Of a DNA stretch of 64,000 nucleotides, positions 61,464 through 64,000 are shown piece after piece. How positions within the stretch are numbered: position 1 is the stretch's first letter; every line of letters starts with the position of its first letter. The notes below the pieces were generated by a model, which searched no databases, had not been told where the DNA came from, and worked only from the letters and a program-made list of their open reading frames with translations. The position numbers were made by a program, and so were the translations under genes. The stretch is from Alcanivorax profundi (GTDB taxonomy: Bacteria > Pseudomonadota > Gammaproteobacteria > Pseudomonadales > Alcanivoracaceae): contig NZ_QYYA01000002.1 of NCBI RefSeq assembly GCF_003597125.1, forward strand, positions 700,156 through 764,155, read 5' to 3'.

Positions 61464-63169
61464 GGTGCGCTGCCTTCCTTGTGGGTGTCGTCAGAGGGTG
61501 CCGGGGCGCTGGCCGGCGCCCGTACGGTCGCCTGGCCGATCCCGCGGGGATCGCTTGCCGCGGTCAGTTCGTTGCTGTCGGTTCGCCACAGGATGGCATG
61601 CATATCGCCATAATCCCGGCCGGTAGAGACGACCTTGTGGCCCAGCAGCATCAGCTGTTTGGCTTCCTCGCTGCCGACAAACGCGGGTTCTGCCTGAACT
61701 TCATCGGGCAGGTACTGATGGTGATACCGCACCCTGCCCACCCAATCATCGACGGGCTGGTTATTGGCCGCTTCCAGCACACCGAGCATGACCATGGAAA
61801 TGATGCGGCTGCCACCGGGGGTGCCGAGGATGGCAATGCGATCGTCGAACTCCACAAAGGTGGGCGTCATGGAGGACAGCGGGCGTTTGCCGGGTGCGAT
61901 GGCATTGGCCTCGCTGCCGACCAGACCGTAGGCATTGGGGCTGCCAGGCTTGGCGGAGAAATCATCCATTTCGTTGTTGAGCAGGACGCCGGTGCCGGGG
62001 GCCACAAAACCGCTGCCAAATGGCAAGTTGATGCTGAGGGTGGCGGCGACCCGGTTGCCCTCGCTGTCGAGTACCGACAGGTGGGTGGTGTGGGTTCCCT
62101 CATCCACGCCAACCGGTTTGCCCAGACTACTGCTGGGGGTGGCCTTGTCGAGAGTGATGCTGGCGGCGCGCTGGCGGGCATACTCCGTGCTCAACAGCTT
62201 ATCCACAGGCATATCCACAAAGTCGGGATCGCCCAGATAGCGGGCCCGATCCTGATAGGCTCGCCGCATGGCTTCGATGGCGATGTGTGGCGTCATGTCG
62301 CCGGTATGCCCGTCGTTGAACTGGCTGATGATGTTGAGGGCGTTGCCCATGACAATGCCCCCGGAGGACGGTGGCGGTGCCGAAACGATGCGTGCGCCCC
62401 GAAAGTGGCTGACCGTGGGGGTGCGCTCTACCACCGAGTAGTTGGCGAGATCATCCAGTGTCCAGATGCCGCCGCCCTGCTGAACCCCCTCGACCAGTTG
62501 CCGGGCAACGTCTCCCTGATAGAAGCCGGCCTTGCCGTTGTCCGCAATGGCCGTGAGCACGCGGGCCAGATCAGCCTGTTTGATCACATGGCCAGTGGGC
62601 GGCACCTTGCCGTTGTGCAGGAAGATGGCCGCGGCGTCCGGGAACCGGTTGAGCACCTCTTCACGGTAGCCGGCCAGCTTGCGGTAATGGGGGTCGATGG
62701 CAAAGCCGTCCCGTGCCAGCGTGATGGCGGGCGCCAGGGTGGTGCTGAGCGGTAGCCGCCCATAGCGGCTGGCCAGATGCACAAAGGCAGCCGCCTGGCC
62801 GGGAATGCCAGCGGCGCTGGGGCCATTCACCGCCCAGTCACGCATGACCTTGCCGTCCTTGTCCTGATACATGGTGGCGGAGGCGGCGCCCGGGGCGGTT
62901 TCGCGGGCATCCACAAAGGTCTGGAACTGGTCGCTTTGACGATGCAGCAGCCAGAAACCGCCACCGCCCATGCCCGCGGAATAGGGCTCGACCACCGCCA
63001 GGGCGGCGGCGACGGCGACGGCGGCGTCAAAGGCGTTGCCGCCCTGATCCAGGATCTCCAGGCCGGCCTCGGTGGCTAACGGATGCGCACTGGCCACGGC
63101 ATTTTTGCCCGGGCCTGCGGCCTGGGCGGTCAGCGTGAGCAGCAGCAGTAGAGGGATCAGGTAGCGCAT
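61460..63169 (-). CDS. ggt: Gamma-glutamyltransferase
   Basis: Signal peptide MRYLIPLLLLLTLTAQAAG; the autoprocessing Thr context ...DEGTHTTHLSVLD. Confidence 0.92.
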   Translation of the reverse strand: MRYLIPLLLLLTLTAQAAGPGKNAVASAHPLATEAGLEILDQGGNAFDAAVAVAAALAVVEPYSAGMGGGGFWLLHRQSDQFQTFVDARETAPGAASATMYQDKDGKVMRDWAVNGPSAAGIPGQAAAFVHLASRYGRLPLSTTLAPAITLARDGFAIDPHYRKLAGYREEVLNRFPDAAAIFLHNGKVPPTGHVIKQADLARVLTAIADNGKAGFYQGDVARQLVEGVQQGGGIWTLDDLANYSVVERTPTVSHFRGARIVSAPPPSSGGIVMGNALNIISQFNDGHTGDMTPHIAIEAMRRAYQDRARYLGDPDFVDMPVDKLLSTEYARQRAASITLDKATPSSSLGKPVGVDEGTHTTHLSVLDSEGNRVAATLSINLPFGSGFVAPGTGVLLNNEMDDFSAKPGSPNAYGLVGSEANAIAPGKRPLSSMTPTFVEFDDRIAILGTPGGSRIISMVMLGVLEAANNQPVDDWVGRVRYHHQYLPDEVQAEPAFVGSEEAKQLMLLGHKVVSTGRDYGDMHAILWRTDSNELTAASDPRGIGQATVRAPASAPAPSDDTHKEGSAP

Positions 63170-63228
63170 GGGGGTTCCTCCTTGAAGGCCGGTGTTGGTG
63201 AGCAGTGTCCGGCGTTGTTGTTATGCCT

Positions 63229-63377
63229 TAGTTGAAAGTTAAAAGGTTAAAGGTGAAACGCGGTGTTGGTCTTTGTGTTCTTGGACGCCCTGCCCGCGTC
63301 CCCCGCTAAGGGAGAGGGTAAGGCGCTCCAAAGCCCAATCACCAAGCCTGCGCTTTTGAACTTTTAACTTTGAACGG

Positions 63378-63378
<1 letters not shown>
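63229..63378. repeat. MITE-like element, family B, second copy (tagttgaaagttaaaaggttaaaggtgaaacgcgg ... gcgcttttgaacttttaactttgaacgg)
   Basis: Terminal inverted repeats homologous to those at 23855-24008. Lies between ggt and coaD. Confidence 0.7.
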
Positions 63379-63920
<542 letters not shown>

Positions 63921-64000
63921 TTACCGTGGCGCAAGGATACCCCAAGCGCCGGCTGCCGTGCAGGTCTGTGGGTGGGTGTCGTTTTGGGCGGGGGGTAATG

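Noticed and set aside
61481-62755. 424-aa ORF on the plus strand
   Set aside because: Antisense within ggt; not a real gene.

Overview
This window is the replication-origin region of a roughly 60% GC gammaproteobacterial chromosome, with gene order like Pseudomonas, Marinobacter or Alcanivorax. It carries the conserved block mnmE–yidC–rnpA–rpmH | oriC | dnaA–dnaN–recF–gyrB, followed by an H-NS-like gene, plsC–gmhB–glyS–glyQ, and about 45 kb of metabolic and envelope genes. These include a WYL/HTH regulator overlapping tag, a YiaAB–PspA pair, an LplT–Aas fusion, an HscC-type Hsp70 operon with two J-like/RDD membrane proteins, and arfB. Further on are a PrpD-family gene, a hemerythrin–TonB receptor–PepSY module, D2HGDH divergent from serA, an LpoB-type lipoprotein cluster, kefB, ggt and coaD. 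No rRNA, tRNA or CRISPR array was seen. The most unusual part is the first ~3.7 kb, a low-GC island (about 45–50% GC against roughly 60%) downstream of mnmE. It encodes three tandem paralogous Gly/Ser/Thr/Asn/Cys-rich proteins that share an N-terminal motif and that I cannot assign to a known family from sequence. Two families of ~150-bp elements bounded by terminal inverted repeats (MITE/REP-like) are scattered through the intergenic regions. A third inverted-repeat element of about 316 bp, plus a terminator, splits the normally tight dnaN–recF junction. All calls are made from the sequence and the ORF track alone; no database search was possible.
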